A DNA stretch of 64,000 nt from a bacterium (GCA_963675755.2 CAXXMD010000002.1:1184001-1248000); one strand, 5' to 3'. Shown: positions 10,784-21,281, counted from the stretch's first letter. Notes: generated from the letters alone by a model not told the origin. Translations and numbers: made by a program.

Positions 10784-10810
10784 AATCTAAAAAAAAAAAA
10801 CGAATGTCAA
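10784..10810 (-). promoter_or_regulatory. Candidate sigma70 promoter with a T12 homopolymer in the spacer
   Basis: Minus strand TTGACA (10810-10805), TTCG, T12, then TAGATT; spacer is 15 nt as assembled. Confidence 0.4.
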
Positions 10811-11032
10811 GTTAAAATAAAATTAATTTTGTATGAAATATATTTTTATTTTTTTTAAATCACATATAACAGCTTGATATGGGAATAGAAATTATACAGG
10901 CAATACTACAAACAACAACAACAATGTTACCATACGTATTTTGCACACTAGACACCCCCGGAAGCTTATTATGGTTTGGAATTACACTATAAATGCATAA
11001 ATTTGATCATTGTTCCCCATAAAAACATTTTC

Positions 11033-11046
11033 TTGATCTACATCAA
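11033..11046 (+). promoter_or_regulatory. FNR/CRP-family box of a class II promoter
   Basis: Perfect TTGAT-CTAC-ATCAA. With -10 TATATT at 11069-11074 the box centre falls at -41.5 from a start near 11081. Confidence 0.8.
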
Positions 11047-11047
11047 G

Positions 11048-11076
11048 GAAATATACCCGGGAAAAGGGTATATTTC
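11048..11076. promoter_or_regulatory. Inverted-repeat operator overlapping the -10 element
   Basis: GAAATATACCC-gggaaaa-GGGTATATTTC, perfect 11-bp arms. Confidence 0.6.
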
Positions 11077-11104
11077 TTTACATCATATAGCAGGAGGAGA
11101 CATA

Positions 11105-11362
11105 ATGACATCAACAAAAGTGAATCAAAAAACAAAAAGTCAGGTTGGTAAATATGACTCGTTCACTGTTCGGGTAATGGACTGCCTGGATGAATTGTAC
11201 ACAACGGCAGTAAGGCTGACAAAAGACATGCCGGAAGCTGAACAGCTAGTACAAAACACATTGGCCAAAGGTGCCAAAATTTACAAACCTGAAAGTTCTG
11301 CCGTTCTTCGGGTATGGCTTTTGGAGATTATGACACAAACCTACTATGCATCCGCAAACTAG
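11105..11362 (+). CDS. Mini-protein (85 aa) resembling ECF sigma factor region 2 only
   Basis: SD AGGAGG then ATG at 11105; LDELYTTAVRLTKDMPEAEQLVQNTLAK..LRVWLLEIMTQTY resembles ECF region 2; stop codon with no region-4 HTH. Confidence 0.7.
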   Translation: MTSTKVNQKTKSQVGKYDSFTVRVMDCLDELYTTAVRLTKDMPEAEQLVQNTLAKGAKIYKPESSAVLRVWLLEIMTQTYYASAN

Positions 11363-11377
11363 TCCCCTTGCGAGGAA

Positions 11378-12448
11378 ATGAAAACACTTGAAGCATTGAT
11401 TGACTGGCTGGGCTTAAATTTTAGCCGTAACAAATTCACAATGCAACCCTGGCGGCGTGTGGTGCAGTATCTGTTTTTGCTTACGCTGATTTGGATTGGT
11501 GTCCAGTTTAGCATTTGGATAACCCAATTGCTAAACGGACAATCACCGGGCGTCAGCCGGCCACCGGGTGTGGAAGGATTTCTGCCCATCAGTGCGCTTA
11601 TAAGCTTAAAATACTGGGTATTAACCGGGGTATTCAATACAATCCATCCATCCTCACTGGTCATTCTTGTCATTGTATTGGTAATGGCTGTCACATTGAA
11701 AAAAGCATTTTGTTCATGGGTATGTCCCTTCGGATTACTGTCAGAATATCTTGCCAAAATCCATGTATGGTTGTTTGATCGTCCCCGTCGATTACCACGA
11801 TGGATCGATTACCCGCTTCGTTCTATCAAATACCTGCTGCTGTTCTTTTTTGTATGGGCCATTTTTGCAGGTATGGATGTAATTGCGTTAAAGAAATTTA
11901 TCTACAGTCCATACAACCGGGTGGCTGATATTAAAATGTACCAATTCTTTGCAGATCCCTCCAATCTTACAATTTATGTACTGATTGGATTGGTGCTTTT
12001 ATCAATTTTAGTAAGGCATTTCTGGTGCAGGTACCTCTGTCCCTATGGCGCCATGCTGGGTGCATTGAGTTGGATAAGCCTGTTCAAGATCAGGCGTAAC
12101 GCAACAACCTGTATCGACTGTGAAAAATGCACCAGAGCATGCCCCTCTAACATTATTGTGCATAAGGCAAATAGCGTTCACAGTGACGAATGCCATGCCT
12201 GCATGCAATGTGTGGATGTGTGTCCGGTCAAAGATACGCTCTACCTTTCTATTCCGGGTAACAAGTTCCGCTTGCGAAAATGGATGCCGGTAATCATTGT
12301 GCTCATGTTCCTGGGTGGCAGCATGATTGCGCGGGGACTCGGGCTCTGGCAAAACTCGATCTCTACAGAAGAGTATAAATCACACATTAAAAACATCAAC
12401 TCTCCCCTGTATCACCACGCCCGCGGGCAGGTGCCGGATTATGAATAA
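11378..12448 (+). CDS. Membrane 4Fe-4S polyferredoxin (YccM/NapH-like)
   Basis: TM helices, FCSWVCPFG and WCRYLCPYG, two CxxCxxCxxxCP motifs; RPPGVEGFLPI. Confidence 0.9.
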   Translation: MKTLEALIDWLGLNFSRNKFTMQPWRRVVQYLFLLTLIWIGVQFSIWITQLLNGQSPGVSRPPGVEGFLPISALISLKYWVLTGVFNTIHPSSLVILVIVLVMAVTLKKAFCSWVCPFGLLSEYLAKIHVWLFDRPRRLPRWIDYPLRSIKYLLLFFFVWAIFAGMDVIALKKFIYSPYNRVADIKMYQFFADPSNLTIYVLIGLVLLSILVRHFWCRYLCPYGAMLGALSWISLFKIRRNATTCIDCEKCTRACPSNIIVHKANSVHSDECHACMQCVDVCPVKDTLYLSIPGNKFRLRKWMPVIIVLMFLGGSMIARGLGLWQNSISTEEYKSHIKNINSPLYHHARGQVPDYE

Positions 12449-12450
12449 AT

Positions 12451-12485
12451 AAAAAAGGCGTCCTCCATCAACAGGACGCCTTTTT
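12451..12485. terminator. Bidirectional intrinsic terminator
   Basis: A6-GGCGTCCT..AGGACGCC-T5 between convergent genes. Confidence 0.85.
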
Positions 12486-12507
12486 ACCGGAGGAATTGGG
12501 TATTTTA

Positions 12508-14460
12508 TTATTGGGTAAGGTTAAATGTATTAACAAGATCACTCATCTGCTTTGCCTGCTGCGACAACTCTTTTGCGGAACTTGCAGATTCTTCCGCATT
12601 GGCAGCGTTTTGCTGAGTGATTCCGTTCATCTGTTCAACAGCATTGTTAATCTGTTCCAGTCCTTCATTCTGTTGCTCCGAAGCAGCTGCAATCTCGGCC
12701 ATAATTTCACTAAATTTCACAACTTTTTCGGTTATCTCTTTCAGGTTTTCAAGCACCTGTTCATTCAGAGATACACCTTCACTGGTATTGCGAATTGAAT
12801 CTTCAATTAATTGGGATGTTTCTCTAGCAGATTCGGCGCTGCGCTGCGCAAGGTTTCTCACCTCTTCCGCAACAACTGCAAAACCTTTACCTGCTTCACC
12901 GGCACGTGCGGCTTCAACCGCGGCATTCAATGCAAGCAAATTGGTTTGAAACGCAAGTTCATCTATGGTCTTGACCACTTTGGAAGATTCATCGGATGAT
13001 GTTTTTATTTTGCCAATAGCTTCAGAAAGCTGCTCCATGCTTTTCATACCTTTTTCAGTACTGGTCTTGGCAGAGTGTGTCAAATTGTTGGCAACCTGGG
13101 CATTACTACTGTTCTGCTTGATCATTGAAAGCATTTCCTGCAAGCTGCTGGCAATTTCTTCCAGGGAACTGGCTTGTTCAGTAGCTCCCTGAGCTGTAGA
13201 CAAACTGCTGTCATCGATCTGCTCGGATGCCGAAGCAACCTGAGATGCTCCTCTGGCAACATCCAGCATGGCTTTATCGAGATTTTCAACAGCATCATTC
13301 AATGAATTTTTAATCATTGCATGATCACCACGATAATCACCATTCATTCGTGCATATAAATGACGATCTGCAACCTTGGCAAGTACAGCCGACGCTTCAT
13401 TAATCGGTGTTAGCACTGAATCCAATGTATTGTTAACACCTTCTATAATGGATTTAAAACTACCATTATGAAATGAGCTTTCAATACGATAAGACAGTTC
13501 TCCATTTTGAGCAGATTGAGCGAGTTGGTTAATATCATTAAAAATCAATTCAATACTGGATTTCATGGTCTTCATTGAAAGCCCCAGAGTATCCTGATCG
13601 GATGCCAGGTTTATATCGTAACTCAGATCACCATTCGATATTTTTTCTGCCATCTCTGCTTTATCTTGTAATGCACTATTCAAAGTTTTAAATGCATTTG
13701 CCAATTTACCCACTTCATCTTTTTGGTCAATATGTATTTCATTATCCAGATTTCCCTTGCCAATTTCCTGTGCAATGTTTGTAATGAGCTTTAAAGGTTT
13801 TGCAACACCTTGGCCTATTACAATAATCAGAACAACACCACTAAGAAAACCAAATAGAATTACAAAAATCAACCCAAGCGATTTTGCTTTATAATCTTTT
13901 GTTGATACATCATGAGCATCAGAAGCTTTTTGCAATAAAATTTCAGTAATTACATTTAAATGTTCTCTGGCTGTATTAAATTTATCATTAGCCTCTGAAA
14001 GTGAGAGCTTTATTGCATCTTCTTTACTCAACTCATCACCACGTTGGCAGAGATCAATTACACGCTGAGAAACTTGTTGCCATTCTTTAAAATCATTCTC
14101 AAATTGAGGGATAATTTCAAGTTCTCGCTCTGTAGTAGCCAGCTTGGTATAATTAGTCCAACGCTCATAGGTTTGGTCAACATTCTCGTGGTAATCTGCA
14201 ACAAACTGTTTAAAAACAGCGGTCCCACTATTTTCAAAAAATAGTGAACGTTCAGCAACCAATGCCTGCTGCATATCACGGTCTGCTTCAATCAAGTAAT
14301 CCATTCCGGGCATACTGATTGAAAAAATTTCATCCAATGTTTTATCAATTTTTGACATGCTGCTGTATCCCACCAGACCTACAATAACCAGCAACAATAT
14401 CATGAGTGAAAACCCAATTATCAGTTTAATTCCAATTCCAAGATTATTAATAATTTTCAT
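12508..14460 (-). CDS. Methyl-accepting chemotaxis protein (four-helix-bundle sensor, HAMP, MA domain)
   Basis: Two TM helices, HAMP repeats, [38 protein letters not shown]. Confidence 0.96.
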   Translation of the reverse strand: MKIINNLGIGIKLIIGFSLMILLLVIVGLVGYSSMSKIDKTLDEIFSISMPGMDYLIEADRDMQQALVAERSLFFENSGTAVFKQFVADYHENVDQTYERWTNYTKLATTERELEIIPQFENDFKEWQQVSQRVIDLCQRGDELSKEDAIKLSLSEANDKFNTAREHLNVITEILLQKASDAHDVSTKDYKAKSLGLIFVILFGFLSGVVLIIVIGQGVAKPLKLITNIAQEIGKGNLDNEIHIDQKDEVGKLANAFKTLNSALQDKAEMAEKISNGDLSYDINLASDQDTLGLSMKTMKSSIELIFNDINQLAQSAQNGELSYRIESSFHNGSFKSIIEGVNNTLDSVLTPINEASAVLAKVADRHLYARMNGDYRGDHAMIKNSLNDAVENLDKAMLDVARGASQVASASEQIDDSSLSTAQGATEQASSLEEIASSLQEMLSMIKQNSSNAQVANNLTHSAKTSTEKGMKSMEQLSEAIGKIKTSSDESSKVVKTIDELAFQTNLLALNAAVEAARAGEAGKGFAVVAEEVRNLAQRSAESARETSQLIEDSIRNTSEGVSLNEQVLENLKEITEKVVKFSEIMAEIAAASEQQNEGLEQINNAVEQMNGITQQNAANAEESASSAKELSQQAKQMSDLVNTFNLTQ

Positions 14461-14483
14461 TTCATACTCCTCAGATCAATAAG

Positions 14484-15467
14484 TTAGAATGCACCCTGGA
14501 ATAAAAGTTGGACTGAATCCGCCCCTTCCAAATCAGACATTACATAGTTGAATTGAATTTTAGATTGTTTACGAACATCAGGATTTAAAAAGACATTGAA
14601 TCCCAATGTGATAAAAGTTTGATCTTTACTATTATCAGTAAGATCATTTGACTCATACTTGACGATAGGTTGTAAATAGGGTTTCAATAGATACCCGGCT
14701 TGAGCATAATATACAACTCCGTCAGAAGCATTATTCTGAAAATCGTCACGTGTTATATATTCTCCCTTTAATTCAATTTTTTTAACAGGAGTTAATTGAA
14801 TTCCCGCACCGGCTACTGTTACGTTTTCCTGACCTTCAACACTGGTCAAAGCGGATCCCCAGTATGCTTCTGCGTGCAATTTTTTGGATGGGTCCATATT
14901 CACACGTCCGACAAGTGTATAATCATTGCCAACTGCGGGATCACCAACATCCGTGGCTTTACTTGGACCGGCATTAAAAACACCCGCCGCAAAACCAAAT
15001 CCGTGTTTTCCAATTCCGCTCATATGAAGCATGGCACCGGTATCAAAATGAAAGATGAACTTTTGCGCGTAACCTCGTTTAACAAAATCCAGGCTGTGTG
15101 CACCCGTATTCCACTCCATGCCAATAGGCGTTTTCATTTTTCCAACAGACAAACGGAGTTTTTTATATGGCTTGACGGTTACCATAGCATAATTAATCAA
15201 TTTGGGGGTATCACCATCGGGGCCAATGCCTTCGGGAGAATCAATAACATCGATCAATAATTTGTAATCCATATATTCATTCAGGGCTCCGGAAAGTCCA
15301 AAACGAACACGTTCAAATCCAAATACAAATGCCTTGTTGTCCTCTGATTTAATGATACTGGTTTGGGTATATCCCCCCCATTTCAATGTGGGTTTATCCT
15401 GTGAAAAAGTGATTTGAGATAAAGACAGGATGAATAAAAATAGAAACAAAACCCAAGATTTAAACAT
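14484..15467 (-). CDS. Outer-membrane porin (OprO/OprP-like)
   Basis: Start reassigned to ATG 15467 (SD AAGGAG); signal peptide, GKMKTPIGME, alternating beta-strands, C-terminal Phe. Confidence 0.75.
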   Translation of the reverse strand: MFKSWVLFLFLFILSLSQITFSQDKPTLKWGGYTQTSIIKSEDNKAFVFGFERVRFGLSGALNEYMDYKLLIDVIDSPEGIGPDGDTPKLINYAMVTVKPYKKLRLSVGKMKTPIGMEWNTGAHSLDFVKRGYAQKFIFHFDTGAMLHMSGIGKHGFGFAAGVFNAGPSKATDVGDPAVGNDYTLVGRVNMDPSKKLHAEAYWGSALTSVEGQENVTVAGAGIQLTPVKKIELKGEYITRDDFQNNASDGVVYYAQAGYLLKPYLQPIVKYESNDLTDNSKDQTFITLGFNVFLNPDVRKQSKIQFNYVMSDLEGADSVQLLFQGAF

Positions 15468-15580
15468 AATACTACTCCTTTGCTGTAAATATCTCTTGAA
15501 CAAAACTCCAGAATTGCAGAACAGAATCATACAAAAAGATATATACAATATTAAACTAATTAATAAACTATGAATATCAT

Positions 15581-15595
15581 TCAAAATGCATGCCA
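15581..15595 (-). promoter_or_regulatory. Candidate sigma54 promoter for porin-MCP
   Basis: TGGCATGCATTTTGA against consensus TGGCACG-N4-TTGC; GA instead of GC at -12. Confidence 0.4.
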
Positions 15596-15949
15596 TAAAT
15601 ATAAATCATTTAAAAACTATGGCTTAAGTGCAGTAAATGTCAGCAATAACACAAACCAGGTTCTACCCCAAAAAGTAAATTCATCCGAAATATAAATAAT
15701 TTTCATTACATATTCACAATTAAAGAAAAAAACACCTCGGCAAAATACGGCAATAAAAATAATTCACGATGATGAATAATATTTGTTTTATATCTACAAA
15801 AAGACCAGAAAAAATGATCACATATAGATACATTTTTCTCCAAAATGGCAGTATTTTTTAGGAAATTTTTATTTGATATAAACGTTTTATTGATATAATA
15901 CGTCAAATAATAAATCACTAAAAAGAATCAAAACGTCAACGAGGGGTAT

Positions 15950-17062
15950 ATGACTGGGGAAAAGTTGCGTTCAGCTATAAAAATGAGCATATTTTTTTTA
16001 TGTATTCAAACATTTATAGCACAAGCAAACATTATTGGAACAGTAACAGACAGTAAAACACACGAGCCCATCTATTTTACAAACATATTCCTGGCAAACA
16101 CAACCATTGGAACCACGTCTGATAAAAATGGAAGTTTTGAAATTACCAACTATCCCCCGGGGGAATACGAACTTGTAGTGCATCATATTGGGTACAAACC
16201 CTACAGCCAAACCATACAAATGTTTGGGAATAAAGACATAAAGCTGAATATTCAGCTTGAACAGAGAATTATCGAGGGAGATACGGTAACGGTTACTGCA
16301 GAAGATCCCAAAGAGTGGAAAAAATATCTAGATCATTTTATTAAACACTTTATTGGCGAATCTCCTAATGCCATTCACACCCGGATCCTAAATCCCGAAC
16401 GAATCGACCTAGAGTTTGATAAAAATACCGGCTATCTCACTGCCAAATGCGATACCTTTATTCAAATTGAAAACAATAATCTGGGTTACGAACTGGATGT
16501 ATTACTGCTTGATTTTCAATGGTATGATATTGATTTACATGGAAAATTCTACGGCAAGGGAAAAAAGTCAAAACCAATCAGCTATTTTTTAGCAAAGCCC
16601 TTGTTCAAAGAACTGCATCCTGATAACAAGAAACAATTGCTCTATTGGCAAAAAAGACGTAAAGAAACCTATATGGGATCATTCAGGCATTTTTTATCGT
16701 GCCTGGTAACGGATAATCTGGAAAAAGAATCATATCATGTTTCACGAGACGGAATCTCTTTGCCGCAAGACAGTCTCTATGTATCAAAAATGGATACTTT
16801 AGGTAATTTCAAAATCAGTTTCAACGGTACAATTACTGTTCATTATACAAACAGAATCCCAATAGAAAAAAATATTATAAAGCTTTATACAGAATGCCTT
16901 AAATGTAATGCAAGAGGCAAACAAGTAGTATTCGGTCCGTTGGATGTAATAAAAAAAGGTAAATGGGGACAAGAGCGCACAGCAGACTGGTTACCTTTTG
17001 ATTACACACCGGAATATACAACCAATCAACCGTTTCTATACAAAGAATTGCCAAGCTATTAA
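15950..17062 (+). CDS. Secreted protein with N-terminal carboxypeptidase-regulatory-like domain
   Basis: IIGTVTDSKTHEPI..NIFLANTTIGTTSDKNGSFEI..PGEYELVVHHIGY; YMGSFRHFL. Confidence 0.8.
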   Translation: MTGEKLRSAIKMSIFFLCIQTFIAQANIIGTVTDSKTHEPIYFTNIFLANTTIGTTSDKNGSFEITNYPPGEYELVVHHIGYKPYSQTIQMFGNKDIKLNIQLEQRIIEGDTVTVTAEDPKEWKKYLDHFIKHFIGESPNAIHTRILNPERIDLEFDKNTGYLTAKCDTFIQIENNNLGYELDVLLLDFQWYDIDLHGKFYGKGKKSKPISYFLAKPLFKELHPDNKKQLLYWQKRRKETYMGSFRHFLSCLVTDNLEKESYHVSRDGISLPQDSLYVSKMDTLGNFKISFNGTITVHYTNRIPIEKNIIKLYTECLKCNARGKQVVFGPLDVIKKGKWGQERTADWLPFDYTPEYTTNQPFLYKELPSY

Positions 17063-17144
17063 GCTTGTTGTAAAACCTTGATTGTCAACCTAATTTCGAT
17101 AATTCTAGAAATATAGAATTTAATAGGGGTAAATTATAAAAAAT

Positions 17145-19493
17145 TTGTACATGGTTGCTCTGGTATTGTTAATTACTGTTTTTGGTTTTGGTCAAACAAC
17201 ACCTCAAGATACTTATAATCTGGGATTGGCTATGGTGCACAATGATTCATTGGATGAAGCAGAAAACATGTTCGAACAACTCGTAAAAGCAGATAAAAAC
17301 AATCCATGGGGATATTTGGGGCTTGGGTTGGTAGAAAAACATCGGGAAAACCGGTTGCTGGAAGCTCGAAAACATTTCAAAAAAGCAGCCAAATTGAATC
17401 CACAGCTGGTGCAGGCATGGACCGAATGGGCTGATGCTGAAACTGAATTTGAACAATATGGTCAAGCAGCCAATGTTCTTAGAGATGCAATTCTTGAAAA
17501 CCCGGATAATATAAATTTACTCAATCGTTTTGTACACTATGTAGAGTGGCAGGATATGCAGAAAAAAGGATTAAAAACCCTTGATAAAATGATAGAAACT
17601 GGTCCCAAACCTTCCCTCTATCGCTTCAAAAAAGCCGAATTGTGGTATGGAATGCATGAATTTGAAAAAAGTATGAAGATTCTGGACTCTATTGATAAAA
17701 ATTCGGATACATTATCAGAAACAATGTATTACGCGTTGCTGGCAAAAAACTGTTTTACAATGAAAAAAATCCAGGATGCTCAGGATTATTATTTAACAGC
17801 AATAAACCTGATCAAAGATGATAACGACGCCGCTTACATTCTTGATGATATTCGCTATATCATGAATAGTAACGAATATAAGGAATATCAAAATTTACCT
17901 ATTGATAAAAAGGGGGATTTTTTCCACAGGTTTTGGCGGTCACGTGATCCCAATCATGCTACTATTACAAATGAAAGGATACCCGAGCATTTTAACAGAA
18001 TTGAATATGCCCGCAAACATTATCACGCTTATAGTACCGACAGGAGAAGCGATGTAAACAAACTGAGGCTAAATCATTCAAGAATACGGTTTTCGGAAAT
18101 TATAATGGGGCCAGAGCTTTTAAACAAATCAGATTATCCTGATGAACTATTAAACAATATGGACGTTGATGACTGTGGGCTAATATACATACGTCATGGT
18201 GCTCCTGATCATACAATATACAAAACAGATTATGCTACTGAACTTTTTGAACCCATGGAATTTGTTTGGAAATATTATCAAAATTTTGACAGAAAAGAAA
18301 TGATCTTTCATTTTGTACAGTTTGGTAAAAACACGGGTGCCATTGCACAATCCCTCCCCTATTCATTTAAAAACACCTGGGAACTGGGAGCAGATTACGC
18401 GGAACTGGATCCGGATATTATGAAAAGTGCTTTAGAGTGGAATGAAAGAGAACCATCAGGTGGTGCCGGAGTTCCAGCAGATATCATTATACCTGATAAT
18501 TCATCCATACGTAAAGCTCAGGATAAACAAAAAAAATCTATAGCTGACAGTTCCAGCGGTTTACATTATCTCACAAAGCGTATTGAAAATTTGATAATTA
18601 AAGATATTACAGTTGGAATGGAAACAGAAACATCAAACTATGAATTTTCACAGGAACCTATGAACTATCCCTATTATTTTGCGCAATTCAAAGGCATCAA
18701 TGGAAAAACAATGATCGATCTTTATTATGCTGTCAATGGAAATGATGTTGAATTAAACCGGCAAGACTCTACCTCATTTATAGATTTAAAACGATTTATA
18801 GGTCTTTACGATCAACATTGGCGTGAACGGTTTAGATTTTCTTTAGATGAAAAAATTGATATTTCGATAAATCCAGAAATATGGAAACAATCAAGCATAA
18901 CAAATGTAATGAACCTGTCTCTTGCTCCTGAAACATATGCTTATGAACTGCAAATACAGGATAAAAAATCCGGTAAACTGGGAGTCTATCAAAATACCAT
19001 ACTGATTCAAAATTTTGCAAACAATTTACAAATGAGTAATCTTGTCTTATCGGGTCCTATTTCAACTATGTGTAATGGACAAAAATTCAAAAAAGGAGAT
19101 ATTTACTACTCTCCTCACATGTTTAATGCGTACAAACAGGGTGAACAAATAGGTTTATATTTTGAAATTTATAATCTTTTATTTAATGATGAAAACCATA
19201 CAAAATTCAACATAACCTGCACTCTTGAATCCAAAGAAAGATTGTTAATGCTGCCACTTGAAGGTAATTTTAAATCACTGTTTGGTTTGTGGAATTCCGG
19301 TGTAGGTAGCGCATTCGAGTACACAGGTACCACACGTGATGACAAGATTTATGTAAATCTGGATTTTCCGGAAATAGAATCTGGTGAATATGAACTTGTT
19401 ATCACCGTCAGAGATGAAACAAGTCATTTAACAGTAGAAAAATCAACAGGGGTTGTAGTGCTTTCCTCATCCTTTACCCAAAACACAAAATAA
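17145..19493 (+). CDS. TPR-repeat protein with GWxTD-like domain
   Basis: N-terminal TPR-like helices; FWRSRDP..TNERIPEHFNRIEYARKHY and DDCGLIYIRHGAPD. Confidence 0.8.
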   Translation: MYMVALVLLITVFGFGQTTPQDTYNLGLAMVHNDSLDEAENMFEQLVKADKNNPWGYLGLGLVEKHRENRLLEARKHFKKAAKLNPQLVQAWTEWADAETEFEQYGQAANVLRDAILENPDNINLLNRFVHYVEWQDMQKKGLKTLDKMIETGPKPSLYRFKKAELWYGMHEFEKSMKILDSIDKNSDTLSETMYYALLAKNCFTMKKIQDAQDYYLTAINLIKDDNDAAYILDDIRYIMNSNEYKEYQNLPIDKKGDFFHRFWRSRDPNHATITNERIPEHFNRIEYARKHYHAYSTDRRSDVNKLRLNHSRIRFSEIIMGPELLNKSDYPDELLNNMDVDDCGLIYIRHGAPDHTIYKTDYATELFEPMEFVWKYYQNFDRKEMIFHFVQFGKNTGAIAQSLPYSFKNTWELGADYAELDPDIMKSALEWNEREPSGGAGVPADIIIPDNSSIRKAQDKQKKSIADSSSGLHYLTKRIENLIIKDITVGMETETSNYEFSQEPMNYPYYFAQFKGINGKTMIDLYYAVNGNDVELNRQDSTSFIDLKRFIGLYDQHWRERFRFSLDEKIDISINPEIWKQSSITNVMNLSLAPETYAYELQIQDKKSGKLGVYQNTILIQNFANNLQMSNLVLSGPISTMCNGQKFKKGDIYYSPHMFNAYKQGEQIGLYFEIYNLLFNDENHTKFNITCTLESKERLLMLPLEGNFKSLFGLWNSGVGSAFEYTGTTRDDKIYVNLDFPEIESGEYELVITVRDETSHLTVEKSTGVVVLSSSFTQNTK

Positions 19494-19514
19494 CACACTG
19501 AGGGGTGGACGCAT

Positions 19515-19546
19515 AAACACCGGACTTTTTAGTCCGGTGTTTTTTT
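19515..19546 (+). terminator. Intrinsic terminator
   Basis: AAACACCGGACT-ttt-TAGTCCGGTGTTT followed by a T tract. Confidence 0.85.
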
Positions 19547-19774
19547 AAATGAAATCAGAATTCTTTTGAAAATCTTGCAAGTTGGCAGATCATGAAAAAA
19601 AACAGATTGTTTTTTAAAAACAAATTATTAATTTAAGTAGTGTATGAATGTATTCTAATATTCTGCTCAGTTAATTATAAACATATTGAATATTTATAGC
19701 AGTATATTAAATCCATCTTGTACTTTCAGCTTGTTTAAAGCACCATAAAAACATAATAATTACGGAGGAATTTT

Positions 19775-21217
19775 ATGGCTGAAGAAAAAAAGGATATCAC
19801 ACGTCGTGAATTCGGCAAAACCACACTCAAAACCGCTACAGCCGTAACAGCGGCAAGTGCCATTACCGGTCCTTTCTTTTCAGGCAAGGTATTGGGCGCA
19901 AATGATCAAGTCAATATTGCGCATATCGGTATCCGCGGCCAAGGTTTTGGACACATCCGTGGATTTGGAAAAATCCCTGGTGTTAAAATCAAAACAGTTT
20001 GTGACGTAGATGAGAATCTGTTTCCTGAACGCGTCAGTGTTATCGAAAAAGAATTCGGTTACAAACCCGCAACCGAATGGGATATGCGTAAAGTTTTCGA
20101 TGACAAAGAGATTGACGCAGTAACATTTGCTGTTCCAAATCACTGGCACGCACTTGCTACAATCTGGGCAGCCCAAGCTGGCAAGAATGTATATGTTGAA
20201 AAACCTTCAACACATTCTGTTTGGGAAGGTCGCCAGATGGTACACGCAGCTCGCGCAAACAAAGTTCTTGTACAGGTTGGTTTCCAAAACCGTTCACGCA
20301 AAAACACCACTGCTGCAATGAAATTGCTGCATGAAGGCGGAATTGGTAAAGTGTATATGGCTCGCGGTATGTGTTTTAAACCTCGTTGGGACATTGGCCG
20401 TTATCCTGATGGCCCCATGCAACCTGGTGAAAAAAACTATCTGAGAACCAACAAAACCGGTGAAATGCCGACTTATGATGCAAAATATCTGGAAAAAGTC
20501 CACTATGATATGTGGATTGGACCAGCTCGTAAACGTGCTTTTAACCGCAACCGTTTCCATTACAACTGGCACTGGCAGTTTGAATATGGCAATGGAGACA
20601 CCGGTAACCAGGGACCACACCAGTTTGACGTAGGCCGCTGGGGTATTAACAAACATGAATATCCTGTAAGAGTTAGCTCTTTGGGTAACTTGTACCTGTT
20701 TGGTGATTCTCAGCAAGACACCCCGAACACCCAGACCACAATTTTCGAATATGCTGATGGTACCATTTTTGAATTCTCAACACGCGGATTGTTCACCAAT
20801 CCCGATGGTGAAGTCAGAATCGGAAATATTTTCTACGGTAGTGAAGGATGGCTGGAAATTGATGCAAACGGTAACTGGAAAACCTTCTTTGGTTACAAAG
20901 GCGAACCCGGCCCGAATTCAGACAACATTGATGCTGAAAAAGCTGATGCATTGAACACAGTTGGTACTGGTATTGGCGGACACTTTGGTAATTTTATCGC
21001 TGCTGTACGCTCTGGTAAACAAACTGACCTGACTTGTGATATTGAAGTTGGTCATCGTTCAAGCGTTCTGCCTGCATTGGGTAACATCTCTTACCTGCTT
21101 GGCAGAGAACTGCACTTTGACGGACGTAACGAAACTTTTGTTGACGACGAAGAAGCAAACAAATTGTTGAAACGCGAAAATTATCGTGAACCGTACGTAG
21201 TGCCAGATCTGAGCTAG
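19775..21217 (+). CDS. Tat-exported Gfo/Idh/MocA family oxidoreductase
   Basis: TRREFGK twin-arginine motif, IGIRGQG, PNHWH, VYVEKP, GNQGPHQFD. Confidence 0.92.
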   Translation: MAEEKKDITRREFGKTTLKTATAVTAASAITGPFFSGKVLGANDQVNIAHIGIRGQGFGHIRGFGKIPGVKIKTVCDVDENLFPERVSVIEKEFGYKPATEWDMRKVFDDKEIDAVTFAVPNHWHALATIWAAQAGKNVYVEKPSTHSVWEGRQMVHAARANKVLVQVGFQNRSRKNTTAAMKLLHEGGIGKVYMARGMCFKPRWDIGRYPDGPMQPGEKNYLRTNKTGEMPTYDAKYLEKVHYDMWIGPARKRAFNRNRFHYNWHWQFEYGNGDTGNQGPHQFDVGRWGINKHEYPVRVSSLGNLYLFGDSQQDTPNTQTTIFEYADGTIFEFSTRGLFTNPDGEVRIGNIFYGSEGWLEIDANGNWKTFFGYKGEPGPNSDNIDAEKADALNTVGTGIGGHFGNFIAAVRSGKQTDLTCDIEVGHRSSVLPALGNISYLLGRELHFDGRNETFVDDEEANKLLKRENYREPYVVPDLS

Positions 21218-21241
21218 TAACAGATTACAACACATTTTAAT

Positions 21242-21281
21242 AAAAAAAAGCCATACAATTTAATTGTATGGCTTTTTTTTT
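21242..21281. terminator. Bidirectional intrinsic terminator
   Basis: A8-GCCATACAATT-t-AATTGTATGGC-T9. Confidence 0.9.

Noticed and set aside
10976-11104. Upstream starts in the ORF track (also 15596, 24719, 26352, 39105, 46433, 47334, 51148)
   Set aside because: They run through promoters or neighbouring genes; downstream starts have SD sites or give proper signal peptides.
15600-15950. c-di-GMP riboswitch upstream of the porin-MCP genes
   Set aside because: No GGCAAA..GACGCAAAGC-type core was found; the region is simply AT-rich.
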